DNA of 64,000 nucleotides. It comes from Amphiscolops sp. MND2022. Lineage: Eukaryota. The notes under the pieces are model-generated. The model did no database searches and was not told the origin of the DNA. It saw only the letters and a program-made list of their open reading frames with translations. Made by a program: the position numbers and the translations under genes. Shown here in pieces: positions 11,632 through 22,689 of the stretch. Position 1 is the first letter of the stretch. Every line of letters starts with the position of its first letter. The stretch spans positions 65,472,001 to 65,536,000 of the forward strand of contig OZ076414.1 in assembly GCA_964187785.1 (NCBI GenBank), written 5' to 3'.

Positions 11632-11807
11632 CGTGGTCATTTCTCAGGACTGATGAAAACTTCTATTCAAGCTTCTATCGAAGGCATACATACAATACAG
11701 TTAATAAACAAAACATTGAGATAAGAAAAAGGACGAAAAAAAATCAACTTGTTCCAAAACTAAAAGCAAAATATCAAAGTCACTTCAACTGCTATTTCAA
11801 TTCATCA

Positions 11808-14800
11808 TCAACATAAATGACTGGCACTTAATTGCTCAATTGTTTGTACTGATTTTCTGAAACTGTCGATCAAGGCTCTATGTTTCTCCTCACTCGCAGA
11901 AAGAGACATCAAACTGACAATTTCACTCTCCATGAAATCAGAAGCCAGTTGGAAGAAATAGGCACCCCCTCCTCTGTTTTTCTTCTCCAAGTTTTTGTGG
12001 TCGCCAGAAGCCATGAAAGACTGCAAGAAAAAGTGGATCAGCTGATCAGCGACGTTCAACAAGTGCAGAGGATGGCCCAAAATTTTCCAAATCTTTTCTT
12101 TTTGTCTCCACAGGTCGATGTAAGTCTTCAGCAAAGTGTCGGCACTGAAGCCCACCTCATTTAACATGAGGAATATCCACTTGAATCCCAGTTGCAGCTC
12201 ACATGATCTTTTTTCCAAGTGGTTGACAATAACGGCCAATGGGAAAAACTGTTGGTTGTCCACGTAGGGTTCCGCTGCTTGGGTGAACTTTGAAGAAATT
12301 AGCTCATACGTAGACGCAGTGCCCCTAGTTGGAGATTGACTAGCGACGCTTCTAGCCATTGCTTCTTTGAAAATTGCATCTATCAATTCGGTCCACACAA
12401 ACTCGACTACTTTCGGGTCACTGTGGCCGGCTACAGTTACAATGGCGAGTTTGCATTCACTCAAATTATACGTGCATGCGAACTCGGAGTACAACTGGGT
12501 CAAATTGAACAGCTCGCTGTCTAGAATGGAAAGAATTTCTTCCTTCTCTTCGGGAGGAATTGTGGTCAACTTGGAAACAGCGTTCTTCACTTTCAGCTGA
12601 ACTTCGCCCACTTCCAGTTTATCCTCCAATTCCTTGATGATTTGGGGTTGATGACCTATTACACCAGAAGCACAACTTTTGGCACTGACTAAAGCTCGAC
12701 CTAAGAAGTTGACCCGTTGAGACAAGGTCACGGCAGACGAACGACGTTCAGCTAATGTACGCAAAATACATGCGGATTGTTCGTACAGACCATTTTTCTC
12801 GTAGTACTTCCACAGAAGTTCGAAAGCCACAAAAAGTTCTTTGTCAGAATTTGTTCTCACTTGAGACGTCAAAACTTGTTCCAAGCTCGCATTTGCGTTC
12901 TGCAGAATTTTATCATGCAGCTCAAATTCCAGAAGCCACTGATAAACGGCAAAATGTAACAACTCGTCATCTTTGAGAAGGCACTCGTGAATTATGTAAT
13001 CAAACAAAATCAGTGCCTCTTGACCTGTTAAATCTTTCACATAAACCGCTTTGGCACCCGAAGAAGCTCCCCCATTTGTCGACACTGAATGTTGCAAATT
13101 GCTGCCTCCGTTTTCGGCGATAGTGAAATAGTAATGCATCAAATTTAACACACATTGGTAGCACTTTTGACGCGCCGAGTATAGTTCTTTGCCTATATTA
13201 TCATCAGCTGGCTTCAGATTGTACCAAAATTTGACTGCTAAATTCATAGGGTCAACTTTAGCCGCAGCACACACGCACAAATCTATAATGCCCTCACAGA
13301 AATTGACTTGCTGGTAATATGCACATACTTGATTGAGGTCCACCAAATGAGCCACTTTTTTGAAAAGACTTAGAGATTCCTGCAAATACGCGTCTTGGCT
13401 GTCAGGGTTGTTGGCTTTCAAAGCAGCTTGCAGCAGATCATTAGCTTGGGCGCAAATCGCATCATCGGCACTAAACACAGTTGGGCATTCTTCCCTCAAC
13501 TTTATACAGAGGGTGTCAATTTTAATATCCTCGCCAATTATTCTGTTGAACAAAGCGACACAAAACAATGAAGTGATTTCGCTCTTGTCACTTTCTATGT
13601 AATCTCTGAACTTCAATTCTTTCAGTTGTTGTTTCAGTGCTGAGTTCAGCGTCAAAATGACGTCATTTATGTGATAGTCGGCCATGATGCACAGAAAAGC
13701 CAACAACTCCTGAATTTTCGTCGTGATAACCCTGAAATGATCCACAGATTCGAACTCGCGTCTCAATGCTTCCGTTATTGTCGTGTTGACCGTCTGCATT
13801 TCAAACCGAGATTTACGTTCTGGTGAAAAGGCACTTTGGGCCAACATCGGATCGAACAACTTTGTCACAATCTGGTTAAAGCTTTTTATCTTGGTCAACA
13901 CTGAATTGATTTGATCTGGATACCACCGAAAACTTATCTTCGAAACTTTCGATCCAGGTAAGAATTCCTCTCTCAGAAAAGGAAACTCCCAAAAACTTCT
14001 TACCATTCGACTCACATAAATTATACAGCCCAAAAACTTGTACGAATGAGTGAAGGTTCCTAAGTTTGATTTTCCGCGCGGTGAAGTTCGCATGAGTGCG
14101 GAAAATTTCGGGTTCATTGAGACGTCTTGAAAACCAACAGACGTATCTGGAGAAATGATGGTAGATGGCACGGTGGCTGAAAAATGTGGTTCCTCACCAT
14201 ACAGGATGATAGCTCGAAGCGCCCAATCAGCAACATGAACAAATCTGGTAGAAGAGTCAGTTGCCAACAGCAGAGCCATGGCGCACGCTTCTTCAGTTTT
14301 ATGAGAATTGAAGAACTGGTGAACCTTGTCATTGTCGTGACCTCCGTTCTCTGAAAGCAACTCTCTTAACTGATCCACAGGACGCAGTTTCTCAATGATC
14401 AGGGTACTAGTTGAATTTAACAAGACATATTGTTTGCGGGGTTTGTGAAATTGTTCTACGAAACAATTTTGCCCAGAACTTGCAGGAAACGAAATGCTCG
14501 CAGCACTTGCTGTGGTCTCAGATAAGTTCCATGTGACCTGATCCAAGTCCACGCACGAGAAAGACTCCTGCAAGGGAACTTGGTTGATGAACGAATCCTT
14601 GGAGATACACCACAGCACTTCATTGTCTCTACTGCCGGGGCAGCAAATTAGCGAAGAGCCTTCTACATGCAGTGCTTTCAAGGCATTTACAGGTCTGGCT
14701 AAAGACACTGAAGCAAAGCCCGGAGGCAAACGCACATGAACTAGAGCCAGCATGTAGGGCCTGGTATTTGGAGAGTAGTTGAATGCTTTCGTGGTGAAAT

Positions 14801-15893
14801 ACAACCGGATTCCAGTACTTGTTATCAAGTAAAAGTTCAAATATTGGCTTTCGTTTCTTTTTATTACGCAAAGATGAGTTATGTTTTTGAAATTGGATCG
14901 ATCAACTGTTCGAGCAATAGCAGTTGCATTGTTATAAATAGTGGATGCACTCATTGTAGCAGTCCTGTTCATTTCATCACAATTCAATCCCAAATCAAAA
15001 ACACGAACAGAGCCTTTTTCAGTGAAGGAATACAGGATGTTTCTTGTCTCGTCAAACTCTAGCTGTTTGATTGGTTCGTCCTCACTCATTGACAAAAACT
15101 GGGGGATTAGTGGAATTGTGAAAGACATGGAAGACCTTGAATGATTTATTTTCCAGATACGTTTCTGGTTGAACCAACCTTGGTGACATCGGTAGTCAAT
15201 TTCAAAAAACGAACTATCCTTGCTTCCCAGAAAAATTCTGCCGTTCGGTGTGCCGCGAATACAATTAACAATGCAATCATCGGTTGAGATACGGAATAGT
15301 GCGTCATTGTGAAGAACCAACTCGTTTCTACTTCCATCGCAATCAGCGACAAAGGATTCGACACTGTTCAAATTCAAACCCAGAAGCACAATATCCGAAA
15401 CTGTACAGACTACAAGGAGAAATTCGAATTTCATTTTATTAATGATTTTTTCTTTCGGCCTGACAATTGAAACCGCAACGATAGAGTCGGTTAGTCCATC
15501 GTAAAAAGTTGGATCTGAGCCATCATTATAATTCCAGATATACAGTGTGTTATCTATAGCGACCCATGCTCTACAGATTTCTACGAACAGTCCAGAAACG
15601 TAGCTAGCTTGCATTCGAGAAAATTCACTGAGAATTTCAACAGGAATGGGGTTCTGCTTCATGAGAAGCAGTTGCTTAAGGTTTTCTCGTTCAAGCGGCT
15701 GGAAAGAAAAATTCATCTCTGAGGTCACTGCAAGAATAGGGTAATCAATTTCTTTATCGCCACTCATGCTGGGAACAGAATGTGAAGACAGACCCAAAGA
15801 CTGCTTCAAATCCAAGAAATCGTTGTCTTTCAAAATACTGGCCGACAACTGGGATATCAGATGATAGTGTAGTTCCGCTGAAAAATCACTCAT
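11808..15893 (-). CDS. NUP155: Nuclear pore complex protein Nup155 (single-exon CDS, ~1361 aa)
   Basis: Nup155 motifs: PIPVEILSEFSRMQ, GLFVEICRAWVAIDNTLYIWNY, FYDGLTDSIVAVSIVRPK, GRIFLGSKD, KINHSRSSMSF, TGIRLYF, LVHVRLPPGF. Length fits. ATG at 15893 follows an acceptor-like TTTTTTCAG. Confidence 0.93.
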   Translation of the reverse strand: MSDFSAELHYHLISQLSASILKDNDFLDLKQSLGLSSHSVPSMSGDKEIDYPILAVTSEMNFSFQPLERENLKQLLLMKQNPIPVEILSEFSRMQASYVSGLFVEICRAWVAIDNTLYIWNYNDGSDPTFYDGLTDSIVAVSIVRPKEKIINKMKFEFLLVVCTVSDIVLLGLNLNSVESFVADCDGSRNELVLHNDALFRISTDDCIVNCIRGTPNGRIFLGSKDSSFFEIDYRCHQGWFNQKRIWKINHSRSSMSFTIPLIPQFLSMSEDEPIKQLEFDETRNILYSFTEKGSVRVFDLGLNCDEMNRTATMSASTIYNNATAIARTVDRSNFKNITHLCVIKRNESQYLNFYLITSTGIRLYFTTKAFNYSPNTRPYMLALVHVRLPPGFASVSLARPVNALKALHVEGSSLICCPGSRDNEVLWCISKDSFINQVPLQESFSCVDLDQVTWNLSETTASAASISFPASSGQNCFVEQFHKPRKQYVLLNSTSTLIIEKLRPVDQLRELLSENGGHDNDKVHQFFNSHKTEEACAMALLLATDSSTRFVHVADWALRAIILYGEEPHFSATVPSTIISPDTSVGFQDVSMNPKFSALMRTSPRGKSNLGTFTHSYKFLGCIIYVSRMVRSFWEFPFLREEFLPGSKVSKISFRWYPDQINSVLTKIKSFNQIVTKLFDPMLAQSAFSPERKSRFEMQTVNTTITEALRREFESVDHFRVITTKIQELLAFLCIMADYHINDVILTLNSALKQQLKELKFRDYIESDKSEITSLFCVALFNRIIGEDIKIDTLCIKLREECPTVFSADDAICAQANDLLQAALKANNPDSQDAYLQESLSLFKKVAHLVDLNQVCAYYQQVNFCEGIIDLCVCAAAKVDPMNLAVKFWYNLKPADDNIGKELYSARQKCYQCVLNLMHYYFTIAENGGSNLQHSVSTNGGASSGAKAVYVKDLTGQEALILFDYIIHECLLKDDELLHFAVYQWLLEFELHDKILQNANASLEQVLTSQVRTNSDKELFVAFELLWKYYEKNGLYEQSACILRTLAERRSSAVTLSQRVNFLGRALVSAKSCASGVIGHQPQIIKELEDKLEVGEVQLKVKNAVSKLTTIPPEEKEEILSILDSELFNLTQLYSEFACTYNLSECKLAIVTVAGHSDPKVVEFVWTELIDAIFKEAMARSVASQSPTRGTASTYELISSKFTQAAEPYVDNQQFFPLAVIVNHLEKRSCELQLGFKWIFLMLNEVGFSADTLLKTYIDLWRQKEKIWKILGHPLHLLNVADQLIHFFLQSFMASGDHKNLEKKNRGGGAYFFQLASDFMESEIVSLMSLSASEEKHRALIDSFRKSVQTIEQLSASHLC

Positions 15894-16653
15894 GTTGCCT
15901 CTGAAAAAAAAACTTGTACATACAAACATAATTTGACCTTCACGTGCCAAAACACTTTCAAAGCAGTTTCTCAATTGATATAACTGAAAAAAATCAAGAA
16001 TAATTGCGTAAACTTGGCCAACTTGAATGAATCTACAAACCAAAGGCTTTTTGATATCATGGATCTCCGTTATCAGTTAAGTGCCATGTATGTCATCATG
16101 TTGGAAGGAGAAGTCACACACCCGTGGTCTGCAACGAAAGGAGGAAACCCCATACCAGCCACAATCCCAGAAGCAACAAAAATTCCAAACTACTCATACC
16201 AGCAACTATCCCAGTCGCCTGATAGGGCCAAGTTTCAAACACAAGCTGCGATGATATACAGGTTTAAAAAACAATCACAATATGTAATAAGTTTCTGCAA
16301 ACGCATCTCTGTCGCTCACAGTTCCTAGAACACAGGCCGCGTTGCCGATCTGAAGAGCCATTGAGATCCGTTGCTTCGAAAAACTGCCAGCTCGTTATCG
16401 TCGTGTGAACGACAGAGCATTTCACAAACACACGTGAAAATTTCACTGCTCTCGCCTAAAGAACAATGCACTTCCATGGCCACCAGTTGAAAAATGGCTC
16501 CATTGTCTATCAATTCGCGATACTTCTCAATTTTATGTCGTGGAATGTGAAGCTTCGTCCAAGCGTCGAAGTCCCATTGTCGAAAGACTTTTGTCGAAGT
16601 AATTGCGACGATGCAAGTGGTAAATCACCAAGACATTGGCGTCGCAAATAATG

Positions 16654-17130
16654 TTTTTAGTCGGCGCAATTTAGTAGAAAATGTGCCCGACTCTTACAGT
16701 GGGTAGTTTGTTTTTTTTTACTCGAGTAAGGTCCACTTTTTTGTGCAATAACTTGAACTACGGAGGTTCAAAAGACTCGAACCTCAAAAGCGCGTCCAAA
16801 ACGAAAGGAAGAAACAAAACACGTCCAGAACCTCGAAAACAGACTAAGGATCCTACCTTAGTCCCACTTTTTTTCGGCACAATGCGACTTTTTTGAAATT
16901 TTTTGGATTGCACAAAGGGTTCCCCTTCATTTCTTTCGATATTTTGCAACACAATGGATGTCAAAAAATCCCAGAAGGTCCCCCTTTTACATTTATCGGC
17001 AGTGACACTGTTCAAAAATCACTTTTTTTCATATTTTGCAACCAGCTGGAGTTTCACAAAGCCCGAAGCCCCCCCTTCCACAATTTTGAGCCTTAGATAT
17101 AGCGCCGACTTTGGCCGTTCTCGGCTTGTT
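16654..17130 (-). mobile_element. Helentron/DINE-like repeat (copy 4)
   Basis: TTTTTAGTCGGCGC...GCGCCGACTTTGGCCGTTCTCGGCTTGTT, a full-length inverted copy. Confidence 0.65.
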
Positions 17131-17391
17131 ACTCCATGCATATGCCCCTTCTCTTCTAGTGCCCCGCGGTCCCTTGGGGCCGCTTATGTTCCCCTCTTGC
17201 TAAGCGAGGTCGAACAGGAGCAAAGACCTAGCGGGAACGGATATCGCGAAGCGATCGTAGTGGGAGCTGGTCTTTGCGACGGTGGGTGGGCGGAAATAGG
17301 TCGAAGGAACGGGATCGAAAATCAGAGTTAGTCCTCAGGTCGACAAAACCAAATTTTGAATGGGATCGAAACAACTCGGATCGAAATTTTT

Positions 17392-17528
17392 ATAACGTAG
17401 TCAGATATGTTCACATACCCCTAGTGCCCTGAATGCAGGAGCGAAGCAAAGCGGAGCGACGTGCCATATGGCCATGCCTCAATGTTGCTACTTGGCGAAG
17501 GGAGCGAAGCGACCGAGCCATACAACAA
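17392..17528 (-). repeat. ~140-bp dispersed repeat copy
   Basis: Reverse complement of the 9804-9943 repeat. Confidence 0.8.
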
Positions 17529-18119
17529 AAACGATAAAATTCGACCGCATTCCATTCGATCCCTGTAATTCGATCAAAAGGTTCGACGTCAGTCCTTTCG
17601 ACCAGAAAAATTCGACCTATTTACAGCCACCCTGCGACGGTGAGGGCGAGCGTGCATACACCGTATATGACCTCATATTAGGTGAGAAAAGCAGGGTTCT
17701 CAATTCCTTCCATTTTTAGGAACAGGAATTGAATTTTCAATACGGGAATTGGAATTGAATCAACTATTATGCCAGGAATTACAATTTGAAATGTTTTCAT
17801 CTGACATGACTTACATGCCGTTTTTTACGTAGAATCTCATGCAACTGCTCGAATGGACCCCAGACAACCATACAGGCCCTGAAAACAAAGAACAAGTGTA
17901 TAGTGATCGTTTTTAGGAGAAATGTAGCAAAACAACTAGAAAATAACCACTGGTTAAAGAATCACTTGATCAAAACATGTTTAAAGCAGAAAATCGGGTG
18001 AATTAGAGGGGTCGGGGACACTTCGTCACCAGCCATTTGGGCGACAATATGGCGTCGGTCACATGGGCGACAAAAGTGTCGACCAAATAGGCTGATCAAA
18101 TTGATCAACTAACTGATAT

Positions 18120-19939
18120 ATTGAGAAATAGAAAAGACAATGCAGTTTTGAAAAGCTTTTCGGTCCTTGAACAGATCATCATCAGTCATGTTTGTCTAAA
18201 AATATATAAAAGACATCAAACGATACAGTCACAATAGAAATACAATGAGTTGTAACTGATATACAACAGCGAGCTGTCAGAAACACCATAGGTTGGAAGG
18301 GATGGGGCAGTTTCAGAATGCATAAGAGAGGGCTCTACTGCGGAACTCGTCTCGAGAATTAATGCAAGGCCGTTGTTGTCTGATGTACAACGACTCAAGT
18401 GTCAGCAGAAGCTTCAGGTTGTTTGTGCTGTCCAAAATCTCTGCATTATCCAAGTCGACGGTTCTTCCACAAGCTTTGAAATGGTCTCCAACAGGTGTGC
18501 CCTTTTGGCCATGCTCTTTCAGACGTACAAACAGGTGTCGGACTGTCTGTCCGATATAGGTCCCTGAACAAGAGGGACACGTAAGTTTGTAGACAATCGA
18601 TGAACGATGTGAAGAGGGTACAGGGCTTTTCAATTTAGAAAGAATGTTCTTCAGCTTTATCGTAGTAAAGTACACATTTAACGACGGCAAAAGTGTTTTC
18701 AATTTTCGAGCAAAATCTGCAGAAGGCTTGCCCCTGTACTGTAGATTGAATGACAGTGAGGGACCTAACGATTTTTCAGCATTCCTTCTTTCACGATCAA
18801 CCCTTCCTTCGCCGCTAATGATCTTACAGAGAGTTGCCTCAAAGATTGATGCAATGTAGCCAGACGGGTATTGGTTGTCAGAAAGTATTTTCGCGGCATT
18901 CTCCCAACTGGAGTGAAAATTGACCCAGTTTGAATTGGAGTTAAAGATACGGTGCACAAAACCTGAAATAATACCTGACAGATATATCTTGGGAACAGTA
19001 GCATGGAAGTTGAGAACTATACCAGTGTCAGTTTTCTTCCTGTACCAATCAGAAACTATGCGGTTCCCAATTTTCTTAAGCTCCAAATCCAAAAAAGGTA
19101 AACCATGTTCGGCAGTTTCTTTTTCCAACGTAAATCGCAAATTCGAATGGAGTGTGTTGACAAATTGCAGCAGAAGATTTTCACCGCCTCTGATCATTGT
19201 TCTCACAATATCGTCCACGTATCGAAAGTATAACTTTGAATGTAGAGCAATTTCAGAATCATATTGCGACAAGAATATATTAGCCAAGAGGGGTCCCACC
19301 GGTGAGCCCATTGCAACACCGTCTATTTCCCGGTAGTAGTCACAGGTTCTGGATGTAAACATGACATTCACCGATACCATTTTCAACAATGTCACAAAAG
19401 TCTCTTTATCAATGTCTGGAGTGTCATTCTCATCGGAATATAACAAATCGGTGGCAAGGGAAATGGTTTCATGAACTGGGACGTTAGTAAACAAACTTTT
19501 GACATCCAGACTATTAATCTATTCATTATCTTCTTGGTGTAGAGCAGACAGTGCTGTTTGAACATCTTTAACTTCTGTGTTGATATTTGCTTCAGGTAGC
19601 TTCTTTAGTCATTCGGCTAATTCCAAGGACAATTTGTGGTAGACTGAACCTGGTATTGACACTATAGGTCTCAACGGAGTGTCTTTTTTGTGTACTTTAG
19701 CCAATCCGCTGAATCTAGCAGGTTGGGAACCACAAGGAATAAAATTGAGAAATAGAAAAGAGAATGAAATTTTAAAAAGCTTTTCGGTCCTTGAACAGAT
19801 CATCATCAGTCAAGTTTGTCTAAAAATATACAAAAGACATCAAACGATACAGTCACAATAGAAATACAATGAATTGTAACTGATATACGACAGCGAGCTG
19901 TCAGGAACACCATAGGTCGGAAGGGATGGTATGATATGT
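18120..19939 (-). mobile_element. Penelope-like element, 5'-truncated, with two pseudo-LTRs
   Basis: ~185-bp direct repeats at 18121-18305 and 19745-19928 bracket an RT plus GIY-YIG ORF. A 12-bp duplication ACTAACTGATAT lies at 18108-18119 and 19940-19951. Confidence 0.9.
18313..19750 (-). pseudogene. Penelope RT + GIY-YIG endonuclease (one in-frame stop at 19609-19611)
   Basis: PARFSGLAKVHK..PLRPIVS, SLDVKSLFTNVP, DGVAMGSP, YFRYVDD, LPFLD, YRKKT, IVYKLTCPSCSGTYIGQT..L..RLKEH, ESLYI. Confidence 0.92.
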
Positions 19940-19966
19940 ACTAACTGATATGTTTGAAGAGGTTAC

Positions 19967-20090
19967 CATATTTGTTGTATGGCTCGGTCGCTTCGCTCCC
20001 GTCGCCAAGTAGCAACTTCGAGGCATGGCCATATGGCACGACGCTCTGCTTCCCTTCTGCATTCAGGGCACTAGGGGTATGTGAACATAT
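19967..20090 (+). repeat. ~140-bp dispersed repeat copy
   Basis: Matches 9804-9930. Confidence 0.8.
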
Positions 20091-21029
20091 TCGGCCATTT
20101 AGTCGACGGGACATTTGGGCGACATTATTGTCGCCGAAATGGGCTGAAATTTTTGTCGCCCAAATGGCTGGTGACGAAACGTCCCTGCCCCAATTAGAGA
20201 CCGTAAGATGTTATTAACATTATTTATTTCAGCATAAGGAAAAATTTTTTTTCAAAATCATGATACGTTACGGGCAAGTAATACATTTGCGAGCTTCGGT
20301 TTTTCGGTCCTTAAAAAAATGTATTAAAAAATAATCCTTGTTATATCGTTTGTGGATGAAGTGTTCACGCGATTTTCAATAAGGTCTTGGATTCCAATGC
20401 CAGCAGTATGATTAGCATTAGCATTTTGTGCCATAGCATAGATCTTTAACTATAACACAGTACATACATTATACATTGCATGTAAAATCAGAACAAAAAA
20501 CTTTAAATTTTTTTTATTCAATAAAAACTGAACTAGTCTAATTAAAAATCAATTGCACTTGATCAAAAATCAAGAATTGGAATTGGGATTGGAATTGAGC
20601 AGCTTTGATTGGAATTGGGATTGAGCAGCCAGGAATTAGAATTGGAATTGAGAAATGGGATTGAAATTGAGGAGTAATTCGCCTGAAATGCCACATAATT
20701 TCGACAATGATTGAACTAGGATTTTCGACTAGATTCGACGTTGCTCTTCGACTATAATGATTCGACATTAGGAATCCGACGTATCAAAATTCGACGCTAT
20801 TGACGCAAGTCATTCGAGACACGTTTTATTCTTTGCATCATTCCTACATTAATGGTCTCATTGTATTTCCTTATTGGGTTGATGATTTCTACCAACTGGT
20901 ATTCTACAAACTGGACCTATCTCAAAATAATACCATGATCCAATTTGTAGAAAAAACTTCTACAAAGTGGAGCTCACTTTTCTACAAACTGGATTCTACA
21001 AACTGGTTTACTACAAACTGGGTTTATAC

Positions 21030-21950
21030 CAAAGCATCCACAATAGTGACATCTCACACCAACTGTTTACCCAATTCCCAAGTAGTCATGGTAACACTGT
21101 CTGGACGTTTATAATCAATTCTGTACATTCCAAGCGCTCGAGCATTGAGGAAAGTCGAGAGGTCCAAACGTCTGATTATGAGAGACTTGAGAGTAGAAGA
21201 CGTGAGGTGCGACGAGGACTCCTTGTGCAAGAAAGACAGCTCAAACCGTCCTGTTCAATTCTTTAACCACAATGGCACGTATACGCAACACAGATGTTGG
21301 CATCGATGGGTACACCAATCCAAATCCGAACCTGCCGATCATCAAGTTTCAGGCCTAGGTTCTTGCAAGTGAAAAGGCTCAGCCACTCAGAACCCAATTT
21401 GCCCTGATGAGCGTTCTAAGCTTTCGAACGTTTGTCATCCATTCTAGAAATTGAATCTTGAGCGATTTTGACATGTGCTGGTTGGGTCCATCTTTTCTAT
21501 GTTCCATCGAAAGGACTTTTTTGTTAATTCGTTACACTCAGCGAAGTTTCTAATGGAGAAACGCAATTTCTAATAGAGAGATTCCAGTTTTCGATGCCCT
21601 GAACGTTATCGAGTACAAATAAACTTTCGAGGCAATGATTTTATTTTGTATAATGATACGACAAAATGGTGGCCAGACCAAACAATGAGACTTTTCCTGG
21701 GTGCCTCTCGTTTTCATAAAGCCGTCAACCAATTACCGCTTTCTAAATAGTCAAAAAGCAAGCAACCACAATCAGGGTTTGTCTTTCAAATATTCCCGAA
21801 AAAAACTCAAAGTATTCCAGAACAAGAATATTAAGAGCGTTTTGGTTGAAACCAGAGGTCAGAGTGCAAAGTTTCTGGAGTATGATGGTTTTATCGTACT
21901 TTGAAGTATTTCCAGAAGTAGCACAACAACTTGCTCTTCAGTCCAGAAAG
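21030..21950 (-). mobile_element. Degenerate non-LTR retrotransposon 3' region with restriction-like endonuclease (CRE/RLE type)
   Basis: NAHQGKLGSEWLSLFTCKNLGLKLDD..RIWIG...ANICVAYTCHCG*...GLSC, then after a frameshift RIDYKRPDSVTMTTWELGKQLV*DVTIVDAL (CCHC plus RPD...W..G..L.WD RLE signature). Confidence 0.65.
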
Positions 21951-22305
21951 TGTCCAATATCCAGATCGCTTGGTAAATGGTTGATCAGACTCCCTGTACG
22001 TAGAAGTAGCGTTGCTCACAGGGTTTTCTTTTCAGTTTGCCATGTTCGAATTCCACTTAGCTGATCGACCTTAGCTCCTTTGTGGTTTCCCTCAAGCACA
22101 TGGTTACTTAGCTTTAGATCATTTGGCCTAACTGTTTCCTGGAGTCATTTGGTTTGATAATTTCATACCATATGACCACAAAGTTAGACCAAACCCTTTC
22201 TCAAACCAAACTCAAGCAATGGCTAGAAACCACCTACTGAAGACACAACCTGAACGGAAGTATTAACGAAATGCTTAAGAAACAAAAAAGTTACGGACTG
22301 TTTGT

Positions 22306-22446
22306 CATATTTGTTGTATGGCTCGGTCGCTTCGCTCCCTTCCCCAAGTAGCAACATTGAGGCATGGCCATATACCACGTCGCTGCGATTCGGTTCGCTC
22401 CTGAAATTATGGCTCAAAAGATATGTGAACAAAGCTGACTGCGTTA
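22306..22446 (+). repeat. ~140-bp dispersed repeat copy
   Basis: Matches 9804-9943. Confidence 0.8.
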
Positions 22447-22689
22447 CAATGTTAATTTTGACGAAGTCTGCCACGGGTTTTAAATTAGTGATTTTCAGCA
22501 GAATGGTGAAAAACCAAGTGACCATCTACCCGAGATGTTTGGCTTAGAAAAATTAAGCCAACTGACTGTGGCAGCCTTGCAAAGCAAACGTAAGTTGAAA
22601 CTTTATATCCACGTTAAAATCATTATCAATTCAATCTGAAAAAACACAACTGTAACTATCCGTCTCAATGTTAGATTTAATAATACTCG

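Larger units (their letters stand above)
18008..20191. mobile_element. MITE with GGGG termini hosting a Penelope insertion
   Basis: Inverted ends GGGG...TTCGTCACCAGCCATTTGGGCGACAA / TTGTCGCCCAAATGGCTGGTGACGAA...CCCC. Flanking direct repeat AATTAGA(G), 7-8 bp. Confidence 0.7.

Noticed and set aside
15894-16043. First 50 aa of the 1411-aa ORF as part of Nup155
   Set aside because: Non-ATG start, no Nup155 similarity, and it contains a polypyrimidine tract plus AG typical of an intron end.
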